Positions 46,051-57,090 of a stretch of DNA of 64,000 bases are shown piece after piece. The position numbers and the translations under genes were made by a program. Below the pieces are notes generated by a model. The model made no database searches, had not been told where the DNA came from, and worked only from the letters and a program-made list of their open reading frames with translations. Position 1 is the stretch's first letter. Each line of letters opens with the position of its first letter. The stretch spans positions 88,933 through 152,932 of the forward strand of contig DEIN01000003.1 in NCBI GenBank assembly GCA_002352465.1, written 5' to 3'. The stretch comes from Patescibacteria group bacterium UBA2773 (GTDB taxonomy: Bacteria > Patescibacteriota > Minisyncoccia > Moranbacterales > DUUL01).

Positions 46051-48828
46051 TTATTTCAAGACCACCCCTAAAAATCGATCTCGTTCTAAATTAGAATTAT
46101 ATTCCAATAAACCATTTTTCGCTTGTAATTCATCTGGATATTGCCAAAAAACCTCTTGTTCATCAGCTATTTTCAATTTTGTTTTCAAAACCGAAGTATT
46201 CATTCCAGACTGTTTTTGATATAAAACCGAGTAAGTATCCATTTTACCTCGTTCTAAATTTAAATCAAGTTTAAAAGGTAGTTTATACCGATAAGAAACT
46301 CGGACCTTCTCTTGAGGCGAAACATATACCCAATTAGCAAAAACTGTTTTCCCCTGTTCTTCCCAAATTTCTGTGCCGCTTTCTTTGTCAATTCTAATTG
46401 ATTTTTCTAATGCAACCACCTGCTCGTCCCGGTCAAAACCCAACTTATCATAATTCACCGGCGCATCAACTGTTTCTCGCGTAGAACCTTCTGCCGAAAG
46501 AAACTCACTTCCCTCAGGCACATAAACTCTCATATAATTCGCGTTAACTTTGTTCCACCATTCGTAAGAAGAACTACCCCCATTATGGGTTCTTTCAATC
46601 ACCACCGTATCAACCACCGAACCATCTTCCTCTATTTCAATTTGATGATTAATTTCTTGATCAATTACTCCATCTGTTTTATAACCATTAATATTAGAAT
46701 TAATCACCATTAAATAATCTTTAGAAGTGTCTAAAATTTCCCCCGACCAACCCAAATCAGAAATCAAAGACTGAATTTCTGAATTTTCTGAATAAAGCAA
46801 AATATGTTTTTCTGCTAAAGCTTCCGATAGAATTTGCAAAGTTTTTGGGAAATTATTCAAACCCTCTTTCGAAAAAACTTGCTCTAAAATCTTAGGAGTC
46901 AAATCAGCAATAAATTTTTTAGGCCGATTTTCTGTTTTATCATAGTCTTCTTCTACTTCAAATTGAGTAGCTTCAACAAAATTTTTCGAATCAACCGTGA
47001 CGCCATATTCAATCATTTCAATTGGCCCGGTAATTGTCAATAATTTTTCCATTACTGTAGGAGTGAGAGTAATAATTCCGTCAACAGTTGGCCCACCGGT
47101 TTTTTCGTAAAACCAAGCTATTTTTTCGGCTGAAGTTGGAAAATCAGGGAACCAATTAGCGTCATGGGTCGACCAATTAGTTGAAATTTTTTGGATTGGA
47201 CGAGGAGGCACCACTCGAGCCGATAACTGTCCGTCTGGATTAAAAATACCATCTATAAAAAGATTTTTGACATTTCCATTGTGAACATCCAGAACCCCAT
47301 AACTTCCGATAAAACCTCCCGTTGCTCGAAGTTCATGATTATTTTGAAATAAAAATAAATATTTCCGAGGACCACCATATCCCAACAAATCTCGAAAAAT
47401 AACTTGCTTCTGATTAAATTCAGTCAATAAACTCAAACCTTTGGGAAAATTTTCCTTCAAAGTCGCCACCCTCATTTGATATTCTTTTGGCAAATCAGCT
47501 ATGTCAACCGCTTCTAAGCTTTTTTGAGCCAATTTAAAATGATTTTCCGCTGAAATCAATTTTTTCTCCAAGCTCAAAAAGAAAACTCCCAAAGAAAAGT
47601 CTTGATTTTTTTCAAAATTCAATGGCTTTTCAATTTCAGAAAATTCTTCCGCTGATTGACTGATCAAAACCATCGCTTGGGCAATTTCGTTTCCAGCTTC
47701 CAAGACCTTCTTAGCGCTTCCGTAACGATCGACAAATGGCAATTTACTAATTATTTCCGGCAATCCTCCTTCCATTTGTTCCAAATCTTCATTAATAGAT
47801 CCGACTTCTTTTTGAATTTTTTGAAAATTAGAAACTATTTGAGAAAAATTTTTATCCTGAAAACTACTTTTAGCTTTTTCCAAGTCAGCCACTACGCTAG
47901 CCCCTTTAACAACCACCTGATCTTTTATTTGTATTCCATAGAAAAAAAATCGCAAAGAAAACATCACCATAAAAATGGCCAAACAACTCCCAGAAAAAGC
48001 CAAAGCCGGCTTCAAAAAGCCAAATCTTCCACTCAAATTGGTCGGTTTAGCCAAAAGATTTTGCTTAATTTGATTTATTTTTCGTTCTCTGCTTATCTTT
48101 CTTTTTAATCTCTCCTTAATTACTATCCCCCTTTTTTTATCTTTAATTAAAAACTTTTCTCTTCTTGCTTCTTCTTCTAATCGATATTTTAATTCAATTT
48201 CTCTTTGTTTTTGAATCTGAATTCTTTTCTTATTTTCTATTTGTTCTAATTGCAAAATTGACTCTTGCTTCAATTGCTCTTGCAAACTCTTTTCTTGAAC
48301 ATTTTTTTTCAATTCAAGCTCTTTACATTTTCGCTCTTCAATAATTCGCTCAAACGCTTTTTTCTGTAATTGTAAAAATTTCTCCGTTTCAAGCTGTTTC
48401 TGTCGTTTCAACTCTTCCGCTAAAGCCTTTTTCTCTACTTCTTCTTTCTCTAATTGAAATAATTTTTGAGCTTCAATTTTTTCTCGCTGTTTTTTTTCCA
48501 GATATTCTCTGCTAAATTTTTCCGAAACAATTTTAACTGGAATTTCTTCCTTGATAAAACTACGATTAAAATTAATACTGTTAAAAGAACAGGCTTCTTT
48601 TTTAATTTCCAATTCTCTGTTTTTTTGTGCTATTTTTTGCTCCTCTATTTTTAATAACTCCAAGTCCTCGTCTTCCCTTAATGCCTCTATTAAAAAACTT
48701 TCGTGCTCTGCTTGACTATCTTTTTTTAATTTTTCATTATTTTTGCCAAAACTAAAACCCCCCGAAAATCCATTCGGCTTGATATCAGACATTAATGGTT
48801 TTTGTTTGTTTTTTTTATTTTGAAACAC
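46051..48828 (-). CDS. DUF4012-domain protein with long cytoplasmic coiled coil
   Basis: YLFLFQNNHELRATGGFIG, DANWFPDFPTSA, NSNINGYKTD, YMRVYVP. Confidence 0.88.
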   Translation of the reverse strand: MFQNKKNKQKPLMSDIKPNGFSGGFSFGKNNEKLKKDSQAEHESFLIEALREDEDLELLKIEEQKIAQKNRELEIKKEACSFNSINFNRSFIKEEIPVKIVSEKFSREYLEKKQREKIEAQKLFQLEKEEVEKKALAEELKRQKQLETEKFLQLQKKAFERIIEERKCKELELKKNVQEKSLQEQLKQESILQLEQIENKKRIQIQKQREIELKYRLEEEARREKFLIKDKKRGIVIKERLKRKISRERKINQIKQNLLAKPTNLSGRFGFLKPALAFSGSCLAIFMVMFSLRFFFYGIQIKDQVVVKGASVVADLEKAKSSFQDKNFSQIVSNFQKIQKEVGSINEDLEQMEGGLPEIISKLPFVDRYGSAKKVLEAGNEIAQAMVLISQSAEEFSEIEKPLNFEKNQDFSLGVFFLSLEKKLISAENHFKLAQKSLEAVDIADLPKEYQMRVATLKENFPKGLSLLTEFNQKQVIFRDLLGYGGPRKYLFLFQNNHELRATGGFIGSYGVLDVHNGNVKNLFIDGIFNPDGQLSARVVPPRPIQKISTNWSTHDANWFPDFPTSAEKIAWFYEKTGGPTVDGIITLTPTVMEKLLTITGPIEMIEYGVTVDSKNFVEATQFEVEEDYDKTENRPKKFIADLTPKILEQVFSKEGLNNFPKTLQILSEALAEKHILLYSENSEIQSLISDLGWSGEILDTSKDYLMVINSNINGYKTDGVIDQEINHQIEIEEDGSVVDTVVIERTHNGGSSSYEWWNKVNANYMRVYVPEGSEFLSAEGSTRETVDAPVNYDKLGFDRDEQVVALEKSIRIDKESGTEIWEEQGKTVFANWVYVSPQEKVRVSYRYKLPFKLDLNLERGKMDTYSVLYQKQSGMNTSVLKTKLKIADEQEVFWQYPDELQAKNGLLEYNSNLERDRFLGVVLK

Positions 48829-49951
48829 TGTTATAAATATTTAATGTTTCTTGGGCCGTTTTATCCCAATCAAATTTTTTAATTATTTCCGTTATTTTTT
48901 TCATTTGTTTTTCATTTTTTCTCTTATTTCGAGTCTTAAAAACTTTATTCAAACAGTCCAATATCGATTTTGGATCTTCTGGACTAAAATACTCCACCGA
49001 TTCACCTAAAATTTCTGGCATTGAAGTTTTATTAGAACAAGAGACTTTTTTCCCATAAGCCAAAGCCTCTAATGGTGGAAATCCAAAACCTTCATATAAC
49101 GATGGATAAATAAACATTTCTGATTCTCTGAAAATTAATTCAAAATCAACCTGTTCAATAAAACCCGGGATAATAATATTTTTTATTTCTTCTTTTGCTA
49201 TTTTCTTTTCCAATCTTTGATAAAAAAAATCTCGTCCTCCAGCCAACACTAAGCTAACCTTAGAATTTTGTTTATTAAAAATCGAGAAAACTTCCGACAA
49301 CCGTTCTAAATTCTTATGAGGATAGGCGTTACCGACACACAATAGATACGGTTTTATTATACCATACTTTTTCAAAATAGTCTTAGCGTTTTGATTGGTT
49401 TTTTGAGATACAAAATTGCAACCTTGATAAACCACTTTTATCTTTTCTTCTGAAACTTTCAAGGTTTTAATCAAATCTTTTTTGGTAAACTCAGAGATAG
49501 CAATTATCAAAACCGCCTTGCGAACTGCCAAGTTGATTACCATTCGGTAAGCCAAAAGTTTGATTAAATAAAAAGCTTTATTTAGAGTTGAATTTTTGAA
49601 AGTTGGAAAATGGAATAAAATTAAATCATGAATTGTGACGATAGTTTTTCTGAAATACAAAACTGGCACATTAAAATGACCAAAATGCATTAAATCTAAT
49701 TTATATTTATTCAAGAAAAAAGGATAAATTAACTGCTCTTTCCAACCATACCACTGAAAATCAGCTACTACTTTATGAAAATTTTTCTTCTGAGGCTTGA
49801 AATCATCGAACCGGTCTTTTTTAAGAAAAATAAAAAAATGATGATCAGTTTCATTATTATTGCGTTCCAAACCTTCAACTAATTTTTGAACATAAACTCC
49901 CAAACCTTTTTCTTTCGGTCCAAAAAATCTAGCGTCAATTCCAATTCGCAT
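48815..49951 (-). CDS. Glycosyltransferase family 4
   Basis: MRIGIDAR, TIHDL, PSLYEGFGFPPLEA; probable start 49951. Confidence 0.92.
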   Translation of the reverse strand: MRIGIDARFFGPKEKGLGVYVQKLVEGLERNNNETDHHFFIFLKKDRFDDFKPQKKNFHKVVADFQWYGWKEQLIYPFFLNKYKLDLMHFGHFNVPVLYFRKTIVTIHDLILFHFPTFKNSTLNKAFYLIKLLAYRMVINLAVRKAVLIIAISEFTKKDLIKTLKVSEEKIKVVYQGCNFVSQKTNQNAKTILKKYGIIKPYLLCVGNAYPHKNLERLSEVFSIFNKQNSKVSLVLAGGRDFFYQRLEKKIAKEEIKNIIIPGFIEQVDFELIFRESEMFIYPSLYEGFGFPPLEALAYGKKVSCSNKTSMPEILGESVEYFSPEDPKSILDCLNKVFKTRNKRKNEKQMKKITEIIKKFDWDKTAQETLNIYNSVSK

Positions 49952-50014
49952 ATTTTTGTTTAAATGATATTGATTATATTTTAACAAAAAAAGACCAAAT
50001 TAAAAACAGATTCT

Positions 50015-51136
50015 TTAAATAAAAAAATTTCTTTTCTTCTCCGCAATTCGTTGCGCTTGTGCTTGACCTTTTTTGGAATATATTCGATAAATTTTTTCGT
50101 TTTTTAACAAAAGCTCTAACGCTAAACAAATTTCGAAAGATTGATAAGGATTAATCAAAATTGCCCCGTCACCCAAAACTTCCGGTATTGAAGAACAGTT
50201 TGAAGCAATGGTCGGAACCCCTGCAGCCATCGCTTCTAACGGTGGAAAACCAAAACCTTCATAGAAAGAAGGATAGACAAAAACCTTCGCCAAAGAATAA
50301 AACATCGGTTTATCTTTTTCTTCCACGAAACTGGTAAAAATTATATCCTCCGCCAACAAACTGTTCTCAGCTCTTTCAATAATCGACTCCCATAGCCAAC
50401 CTTTCTCACCAGCTATTACTAATTTGTAATCCCGAACCCAATCGTTACGCCGCTTGAAACTCTCAAAACCTTTAATTAAACCTTTAATATTTTTTCTCGG
50501 CTCAATCGTGCCTAAAAATAAAATAAATTTACTGGGCAACCGATATTTATCAATAATTTCTTGATTGCGACAACTGACTTGATTAAAGTTTTTGAAATTA
50601 AAAAAAGGATAATTAACAACGATTTTACTTGATTTAATTTGATATAAATTAATTAAATCTTGAGCAGTTGAATTCGATACTGCCCAAATTCGATAAGCTT
50701 CCTTCGTATTTTTTCTTGGATTAATAAAAAAATGCCACAACCTTCTTTTCCAAGAAAAAGTTTCCGGCATCCTTTCAAAAGACAAATCGTGAACAGTTAA
50801 AATTCGCCGACATTTTTTAGTTAATGCCAAAAAATGAAAATTAGGCGAAATAAAATAATCTAACCCACCCAAAAGATTGTCAATCTTGGGCCAATTCAAA
50901 AACAAAAAACAAAAATTTAATAGTTTATTAGGAATTCCAAATCTTTTTATTTGAACATTCTTATATTGTTCGAGCCAAGCAAAATCTTCTCTAATTCTTC
51001 CAAAAGCGTTCAAAAAAATGATAAACTGATCTTTATCATTTTCTTCGACTAGACGAAAAATTAAACCTTGAGCGTATTCTTCCACTCCTGTATTTCGACT
51101 ATTCTGCAAACACCTTCCGTCAATTCCTACTTTCAT
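50015..51136 (-). CDS. Glycosyltransferase family 4
   Basis: GTIEPRKN, PSFYEGFGFPPLEAMA. Confidence 0.92.
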   Translation of the reverse strand: MKVGIDGRCLQNSRNTGVEEYAQGLIFRLVEENDKDQFIIFLNAFGRIREDFAWLEQYKNVQIKRFGIPNKLLNFCFLFLNWPKIDNLLGGLDYFISPNFHFLALTKKCRRILTVHDLSFERMPETFSWKRRLWHFFINPRKNTKEAYRIWAVSNSTAQDLINLYQIKSSKIVVNYPFFNFKNFNQVSCRNQEIIDKYRLPSKFILFLGTIEPRKNIKGLIKGFESFKRRNDWVRDYKLVIAGEKGWLWESIIERAENSLLAEDIIFTSFVEEKDKPMFYSLAKVFVYPSFYEGFGFPPLEAMAAGVPTIASNCSSIPEVLGDGAILINPYQSFEICLALELLLKNEKIYRIYSKKGQAQAQRIAEKKRNFFI

Positions 51137-51164
51137 CGGCTGAATTATTTAAAAATATTTTCAA

Positions 51165-51779
51165 CTATTTTTTTGGTACTTCCTCAAAATAATATCGTAA
51201 AAGCACTCCGAATATTCCTAATGAAAATCCTAAACAAATCGAGATCAATAAAATTAAATAAATACTGATGTTGTTTTTTTCAACCCGAACATCATCAATC
51301 ACCAATTTGAACCAGCCTTTGTCTCCTTGATTTGATTTTAATTGCTGAGTTTGTTGAATTAGATTATTCTCAAGAACCTTTCCAAAAATAGTTGCTGACT
51401 GAGAAGATTTAGATTGAAACTCAACTTTAATATAATTAGAAGACAATTGAGTGGCTTTTATTTTTGAAAGATCGCTCCAATCTCCTTTACGAACTTTTCC
51501 AAAATCTTTTCTATTCCTTTCCATTAAACCTGGATCGCTTACCCAGTTAACAACATTTTTACCAAATTTCTCATCCGCCTCCAATCGATAAAATTGATCG
51601 TACTGACAATCATTAATAATCGTCTTGTCTTCACGAGAAATATTAATTGCGATTGATCCTAGATAAATTTTTCTTTGTTGATTATAAATAATCAATCCTA
51701 AAAAAAATACTCCCAAAACAATCAAGCCAAAAGTAATTCGATATTTTTTGACTAAATTTAAAAATTCTTTAAGTTCCAT
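51165..51779 (-). CDS. Wzz/CpsC-like polysaccharide co-polymerase
   Basis: MELKEFL start, two terminal TM helices, next to GT genes. Confidence 0.7.
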   Translation of the reverse strand: MELKEFLNLVKKYRITFGLIVLGVFFLGLIIYNQQRKIYLGSIAINISREDKTIINDCQYDQFYRLEADEKFGKNVVNWVSDPGLMERNRKDFGKVRKGDWSDLSKIKATQLSSNYIKVEFQSKSSQSATIFGKVLENNLIQQTQQLKSNQGDKGWFKLVIDDVRVEKNNISIYLILLISICLGFSLGIFGVLLRYYFEEVPKK

Positions 51780-51869
51780 TCTAATAATTTAATTATAATA
51801 TAAAAGGGCATCGGAAAAAATTCCAAAAGCCCTCCTGCTTTTTCTTAATTTAAAAAATTTTATTCTAAT

Positions 51870-53246
51870 TTATTTCTTTTCCGCTTTAGTTAATTCAAAT
51901 TTCAAATGATTTTTTAGAATACTCTTTTGGCTATAGTCTCCTTCAGCGGTTTTGACATTGATCGTCACTGGCACATCACCAACCCCAGATTGTTTCTGAA
52001 TCAAGAGTTTATAATTATCCTTAAGATTATCAGGCAAAGTATAAACAATCTTAGCTGGAGTTGTACTATTCATCACCGTGTGGCAAACAAACCCAAAGTA
52101 ATTTTTGCCACTTTCCTCTTGAATATTAGGATAACCCACCCAAGCTCTCGATAATAGATCAGTTCCCAAAGGTGTATAAACTCTCAAATAAGAATGATAA
52201 TCAGTCGTTCGCCAATCTCCATAAGTAGCATTATGAGTATAATTAATTTCTAGCGTCGCAGTTGGTTTTTCCAAAGTTAAATCAACACTATAAATCATTT
52301 CTCGATCCATATAATAATCGGATTTAAAAGCACCCAGATTAGCATCCACCATCATTAAATAATCTCCATCCCAATTTTGGTCAATTACTCCTGCCCAGCC
52401 AACACTCTTAGCCAAAGTTTGCAGTTCCGAATCCTCAAAATAAAATTGCACCTCCTTGTTTCTTAGCTCATCCAGAGCCAAGTCAGCAGTTTTCTTAATA
52501 TTTGACGGAATCATTAATCGATCAGCAATCGCTGGCGCTAGAACTTTCATTACTGCTTTTCTGTTTTGAGTATCTAAATCTTCGTTCAAAAGATATTTCT
52601 TTTCCACTTGCTCTTCTAATTTTAAAACCGCGTTTTCACCAGTAAAGACTCCATACGCTCCCAAATCAATTGGTCCAGTAATCTTCAAGAAATCATTCAA
52701 AACCGTAGCGTTAACTGCCATCACCCCATCAAAATCATCGTTCCCTCCACTTAAACGATAAAAATATTTAACCTTTTCAACCGTTGTTGGAAAATCAGGG
52801 AAAAAATTTGAATCTCTGAATTTCCATTTCTTAACTTCCATCATTTTTTCAAATGGATAAGGAGCTCTTACATCAGCCTTAATTCTTTGATCTAATAAAT
52901 TCGCATCTTCAATAAATAGAGTGGTCACTTCGCCATCCTTAAGTTTCAAAACAGCATACTGTCCCAAAAAACCACCAGCTGGTCGCAATTCCATATTATT
53001 TTGCAACAAAACCAAATATCTTCTTTCAATTCCGTCCTTAACGGTAAAAGCTTGCACAAATTTGTCGATAGCTTGAATTTCGTCTTTGGTGTTTTGTTCG
53101 ATTGGAAGAAATTGAGTGATCTTATCAATCGCTGTAATTGAATTAATTAAAATTTGAGTCTTCTTCACATCCTTAAAAAAATAAAAAGCACTAGCAATGC
53201 CAACAATTAAAATCAAAGTAATCCCAAAAAATATTTTCTTTTTCAT
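51870..53246 (-). CDS. DUF4012-domain protein
   Basis: YLVLLQNNMELRPAGGFLG, RDSNFFPDFP, DANLGAFKSD; probable start 53246. Confidence 0.88.
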   Translation of the reverse strand: MKKKIFFGITLILIVGIASAFYFFKDVKKTQILINSITAIDKITQFLPIEQNTKDEIQAIDKFVQAFTVKDGIERRYLVLLQNNMELRPAGGFLGQYAVLKLKDGEVTTLFIEDANLLDQRIKADVRAPYPFEKMMEVKKWKFRDSNFFPDFPTTVEKVKYFYRLSGGNDDFDGVMAVNATVLNDFLKITGPIDLGAYGVFTGENAVLKLEEQVEKKYLLNEDLDTQNRKAVMKVLAPAIADRLMIPSNIKKTADLALDELRNKEVQFYFEDSELQTLAKSVGWAGVIDQNWDGDYLMMVDANLGAFKSDYYMDREMIYSVDLTLEKPTATLEINYTHNATYGDWRTTDYHSYLRVYTPLGTDLLSRAWVGYPNIQEESGKNYFGFVCHTVMNSTTPAKIVYTLPDNLKDNYKLLIQKQSGVGDVPVTINVKTAEGDYSQKSILKNHLKFELTKAEKK

Positions 53247-53472
53247 CGCTCTTTTCTTTGTAAAAATTAAGTTAGAATAATCATTTAACACCCTCAAGCT
53301 TATCACAAATCTTTTAATTCAACAAATCTATTTTCAATAATAATTTTTTACTTTATAATAAATAATGTCGTTTAAAAAATAAACCGATTGAATTGGTTTT
53401 CAATTTATTCGTGTTAATTATTAATACGAAAAAAATTAAAATAAATTGCAAATAATAAATAAAAAATAAATC

Positions 53473-53856
53473 ATGCGAGACATCCAAGAGATTTTCAATG
53501 AGCTAGAAGAAGTCAAAAAAACTCAAAAAGAAATTCAAACTGAATATAAAGACGCTTTGCTTAATGCCAATGAATTTGAGGAAATTCAAGACAAAATTAA
53601 AGAATTAACCGAAAAAAGAAAAACCATACAAGGAATGGTTCAAGCGGAAATGGGACAAAGATTTCAAGACCTTGAAATGGCCAAAGATCAACAAAAAGAA
53701 TTAAAACAAATGCTCTCTGACATTGCCATGAGCAATTTAATGGATGGAAAATCGATTGAACTAAAAGATAATCACGATTCTGTTTACGAACCTCAATTTT
53801 CAGTCACATTCAAAAGAACTAATGCTAAAAGCATTGAAGAAGAAAGCACTAAATAA
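53473..53856 (+). CDS. Hypothetical coiled-coil protein
   Basis: 127 aa, followed by a terminator. Confidence 0.8.
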   Translation: MRDIQEIFNELEEVKKTQKEIQTEYKDALLNANEFEEIQDKIKELTEKRKTIQGMVQAEMGQRFQDLEMAKDQQKELKQMLSDIAMSNLMDGKSIELKDNHDSVYEPQFSVTFKRTNAKSIEEESTK

Positions 53857-53870
53857 AATTATTTCTTATT

Positions 53871-53901
53871 AAAAAAGCGTGTCTTATAGACACGCCTTTT
53901 T
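53871..53901 (+). terminator. Terminator
   Basis: GCGTGTCT-tat-AGACACGC followed by a T tract. Confidence 0.75.
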
Positions 53902-53914
53902 ATTTAAACTCTGT

Positions 53915-54060
53915 TTGCAAAATGTCAAAATCCAAATTACTCTAAATTACTCAAATCAAATTTTAAGGTCAAATTATCAAAAACCGACCTCTGGACGACT
54001 ATTCGGATTTTAGTTTTTAAAATTGATTTGGAATAATTTGGAATAATTTGAACTTTAGAA
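53915..54060. repeat. Imperfect palindromic repeat element
   Basis: CAAATTACTCTAAATTACTCAAATCAAATTTTAA mirrored by TTAAAATTGATTTGGAATAATTTGGAATAATTTG. Confidence 0.55.
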
Positions 54061-54064
54061 TAAT

Positions 54065-54847
54065 TTAAAAATATTCTATCATTTTTATCCAATCTTCCAC
54101 CCCCAATTCCTGCGCTCTCGTAGTTCCTTTGAATCCAATTTTTATTAGAATTTTCTCCACGACTTTTTTTTTCAAGTCCAATCCAACTGACAAATTGTTG
54201 ACTAAAGTTTTCCTAGGGCTGGAAAAACCAACCTTAATCAGTCTGAAAAATTTTTTTTCTGCTTCTAATTCAAGTCGCCCCTCTTTTTTTATAACAATCT
54301 TGATTACCGCTGAATCAACATCGGGAGCTGGCTCAAATTTTTCTCGAGGAACAATTGTGACGATTTCTGGCTCGCCAAAATATTGAACCGACAAAGACAA
54401 AATTCCCAATTTTCCAGGTTTAGCACAAATCCTTTCAGCCACCTCTTTTTGCACCATCAAAACCAAAATTTGAGGTTGAAAAGAATTTTCCAAAAATAAT
54501 CGAAGAATTTTTCCAGTAATATAGTAAGGAATATTAGCAATCACTTTAAATGCCAAGAAATCTCTCTGATTTAAAACTTCTTTCCAATTAGTATCTAGAA
54601 CATCTCCTGTCAAAATCTCTAGATTATCAGCCCTTAAACTGTTTCGACAAAATCTGGCTAACTCTTCGTCTTTTTCGATTGCCAAAACTTTTTTGGATCG
54701 ACGAACCAAAGCTTTTGTTAAAAACCCTCGCCCCGGACCGATTTCCAAAACATTATCATCAGAATAAATTTCTCCCGCTTCAATAATTTTATCAACAACC
54801 GCAGTATCAATCAAAAAATTTTGCCCCAATGATTTTTTCGCTTTCAT
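54065..54847 (-). CDS. rsmA: 16S rRNA adenine dimethyltransferase
   Basis: KKSLGQNFL, LEIGPGRG, ANIPYYIT, MVQKEVAERI. Confidence 0.96.
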   Translation of the reverse strand: MKAKKSLGQNFLIDTAVVDKIIEAGEIYSDDNVLEIGPGRGFLTKALVRRSKKVLAIEKDEELARFCRNSLRADNLEILTGDVLDTNWKEVLNQRDFLAFKVIANIPYYITGKILRLFLENSFQPQILVLMVQKEVAERICAKPGKLGILSLSVQYFGEPEIVTIVPREKFEPAPDVDSAVIKIVIKKEGRLELEAEKKFFRLIKVGFSSPRKTLVNNLSVGLDLKKKVVEKILIKIGFKGTTRAQELGVEDWIKMIEYF

Positions 54848-54856
54848 AAAAAATAG

Positions 54857-55219
54857 TTAGACTTTTGATAACATCAAAATTCGCTGTTTAAAACCACCTC
54901 TTACTTTTCTTTTTTCTGCTTGCGCTTCACGAATTTTTTCCGAATCCAATTCATTTAAAATCAAAAGTTCATCGATGATTTCCATAACATCAGACAAATC
55001 TTCTATTAAATGTTTTTTATTCTTCGTATTGGCTAGTTCATTAGCTTCTTCTTCGATTTTTTTTAATAAAAAAGCCATGTAATCCTTATCATCTTTCAAT
55101 TTTTCTGTTTTAACTTTCTTTCCTTTATTTTTTTCTATAATTTCAGGGATCCTATCTCTAACTAATTTAGGATATTCATTCTCTTTTTTTAAATCTGTTT
55201 CAAAATGTTCAAAGCTCAT
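54857..55219 (-). CDS. MazG-like nucleoside triphosphate pyrophosphohydrolase
   Basis: YPKLVRDRIPEII...KIEEEANE...EDLSDVME...KRKVRGGF. Confidence 0.85.
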   Translation of the reverse strand: MSFEHFETDLKKENEYPKLVRDRIPEIIEKNKGKKVKTEKLKDDKDYMAFLLKKIEEEANELANTKNKKHLIEDLSDVMEIIDELLILNELDSEKIREAQAEKRKVRGGFKQRILMLSKV

Positions 55220-55253
55220 TTTTTTTATAATTACTCTAATTAAACGATTTTAA

Positions 55254-55372
55254 AAACTTAGATTTTTGAGTAAAATTCGAGGCTGATTTGAGTACCGAAT
55301 GAGGCGTACTAAATAGTACGACGAATGAGTGGCGGAAAATCCAACAAAGAAATTTACCAAAAATCTAAGTTT
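55254..55372. repeat. ~120-bp palindromic intergenic element (REPIN/MITE-like)
   Basis: AAACTTAGATTTTTG...CAAAAATCTAAGTTT terminal inverted repeats; inner CGTACT-aaat-AGTACG. Confidence 0.7.
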
Positions 55373-55688
55373 AAAGATATTTTTCTAGTAATTCTTTGAG
55401 TATGCCCTTCTCTCGTAAACCTGTCATATTCTCTTTAACCTCTCCATCTTTAAAAATCAACAAAGTCGGAATGCTCATTACCCCATATTCACCAGCCACA
55501 TCCTGAGAATTTTCAATATCTAATTTTCCGACCGTTGCCTTGTCTCCTATTTCCTTGCCCAATTCATCTACAATCGGACCTTGAACTTTACAAGGACCAC
55601 ACCACTCTGCAAAAAAATCTACTAAAACTGGTTTAGTTTTTGACATTTCAATCACTTCTTTTTTAAAATTTTCACTATTAAATTCCAT
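55371..55688 (-). CDS. trxA: Thioredoxin
   Basis: WCGPC, MSIPTL. Confidence 0.93.
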   Translation of the reverse strand: MEFNSENFKKEVIEMSKTKPVLVDFFAEWCGPCKVQGPIVDELGKEIGDKATVGKLDIENSQDVAGEYGVMSIPTLLIFKDGEVKENMTGLREKGILKELLEKYL

Positions 55689-55699
55689 AACATTAATTA

Positions 55700-55942
55700 T
55701 TAATTATTATTTACAATTTCCTTAATTAATTTTTTGACTCGCTCCTTGTCTTTTTTAGTATTACCCGACAAACAATTTAAAGTGCTTTCCTCAATGATTC
55801 TATTTATCACTGAATTAATTCCTGATTTTGACGCCTTAAGCTGAGTCAAAACTTCAACACAGTCCTTTTCTGCCTTCACCATTCTTTTAATCCCCTCCAA
55901 TTGACCAATAATATTATTAATTAATTGCTCTGTATTTTTCAT
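55700..55942 (-). CDS. CsoR/RcnR/CstR-family repressor
   Basis: NIIGQLEGIKRMV..EKDCVEVLTQLKA...LNCL. Confidence 0.88.
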   Translation of the reverse strand: MKNTEQLINNIIGQLEGIKRMVKAEKDCVEVLTQLKASKSGINSVINRIIEESTLNCLSGNTKKDKERVKKLIKEIVNNN

Positions 55943-56095
55943 TTAAAAAATTTAAATGTTTATTTTTTATTATCAAAAAATATTATCTGCTAATTTAATA
56001 TATCATACTGTCGATCAAAACCACAACCAAGAAACCATCCCAATAATTAAGTCTCAAATTCCTTACAAAAAACCGCTTCTATTTTTCCAATCTCC

Positions 56096-57055
56096 TTACT
56101 CCTCCTCAACGCATATTCCTCTTTCTGAAATAGCCACGATTGTTTTCATTAATAACCAAATTATTACCAAATTTAATATGACAAAAAATATCCAAGAAAG
56201 ATAATTAAACAAAATAATATCAGTCTCGTGAAACATCAAGATAGTAGCAATTGTTATCGCAGAAATAGGGAAAGAATAGGCCCACCAAGAAAGATAATAT
56301 TTTATTTTTCTAAATATTTTTATTTGAGAAAATAATAAAAACACTAGAAATAATCCAAAATAATATAATATTTTTGAAAACTCACTAGCCTCTCCAGTTA
56401 GTTTAACCAAAGAAATGAAACCAACGGCCGGAGGAGCAATTAAAATGAAAAGAGTCGGGATCAATTTTCTTGGCAAAGGACTATGAAAAATAATCCGATT
56501 AAAAAATATCACTAATAATATGATCCACAAAAATAAGCCGATACTATAGAAAAACCAGGATATTTCAAGAGAGAAAAAACTCACCCCTGCCACAGGAACC
56601 AAAATATTCCCAACCGCTGGAATAAACCAAGAAGGATTCATATGCTTAATTTCAAATTTTGTCTGCTGAATCCAAATTGATATTACTTTGATAGTAAGAA
56701 TAAAATGAATGATTGTTCCAGCTATCCACAGATATTTTGAAATAAATAAATTCACTGATAAAAATGCGATACTCAATAAAAGTAAGCTAATTGAAAAAGT
56801 AGGGAAAAAACTTAGTTTAACCGGATTATTAAATTCAACTTTCACTTCATCACTAAATAAAATTATTTTAAGAACATAAATAAGGGCGATAATTCCAAAA
56901 AGTGCCGAAGTCAAAATCAAAATAGATAAACTTAAATTAAATGGCATTTTTAAAATTTGCTCTGACTTTTGAAAAGCAATCGTAAACCCCGCCATTCCTA
57001 AAATTATTGAAAAAAATGACACAGAAAAATATTTTATTCTACATTCTTTCTTCAT
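56096..57055 (-). CDS. SLAC1/TehA (TDT) family anion channel
   Basis: FFSIILGMAG, PSWFIPAVGN, APPAVG, SWWAYSFP. Confidence 0.9.
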   Translation of the reverse strand: MKKECRIKYFSVSFFSIILGMAGFTIAFQKSEQILKMPFNLSLSILILTSALFGIIALIYVLKIILFSDEVKVEFNNPVKLSFFPTFSISLLLLSIAFLSVNLFISKYLWIAGTIIHFILTIKVISIWIQQTKFEIKHMNPSWFIPAVGNILVPVAGVSFFSLEISWFFYSIGLFLWIILLVIFFNRIIFHSPLPRKLIPTLFILIAPPAVGFISLVKLTGEASEFSKILYYFGLFLVFLLFSQIKIFRKIKYYLSWWAYSFPISAITIATILMFHETDIILFNYLSWIFFVILNLVIIWLLMKTIVAISERGICVEEE

Positions 57056-57090
57056 ATTTTTAATTAAAAATTATAATTATTTTTTTCATT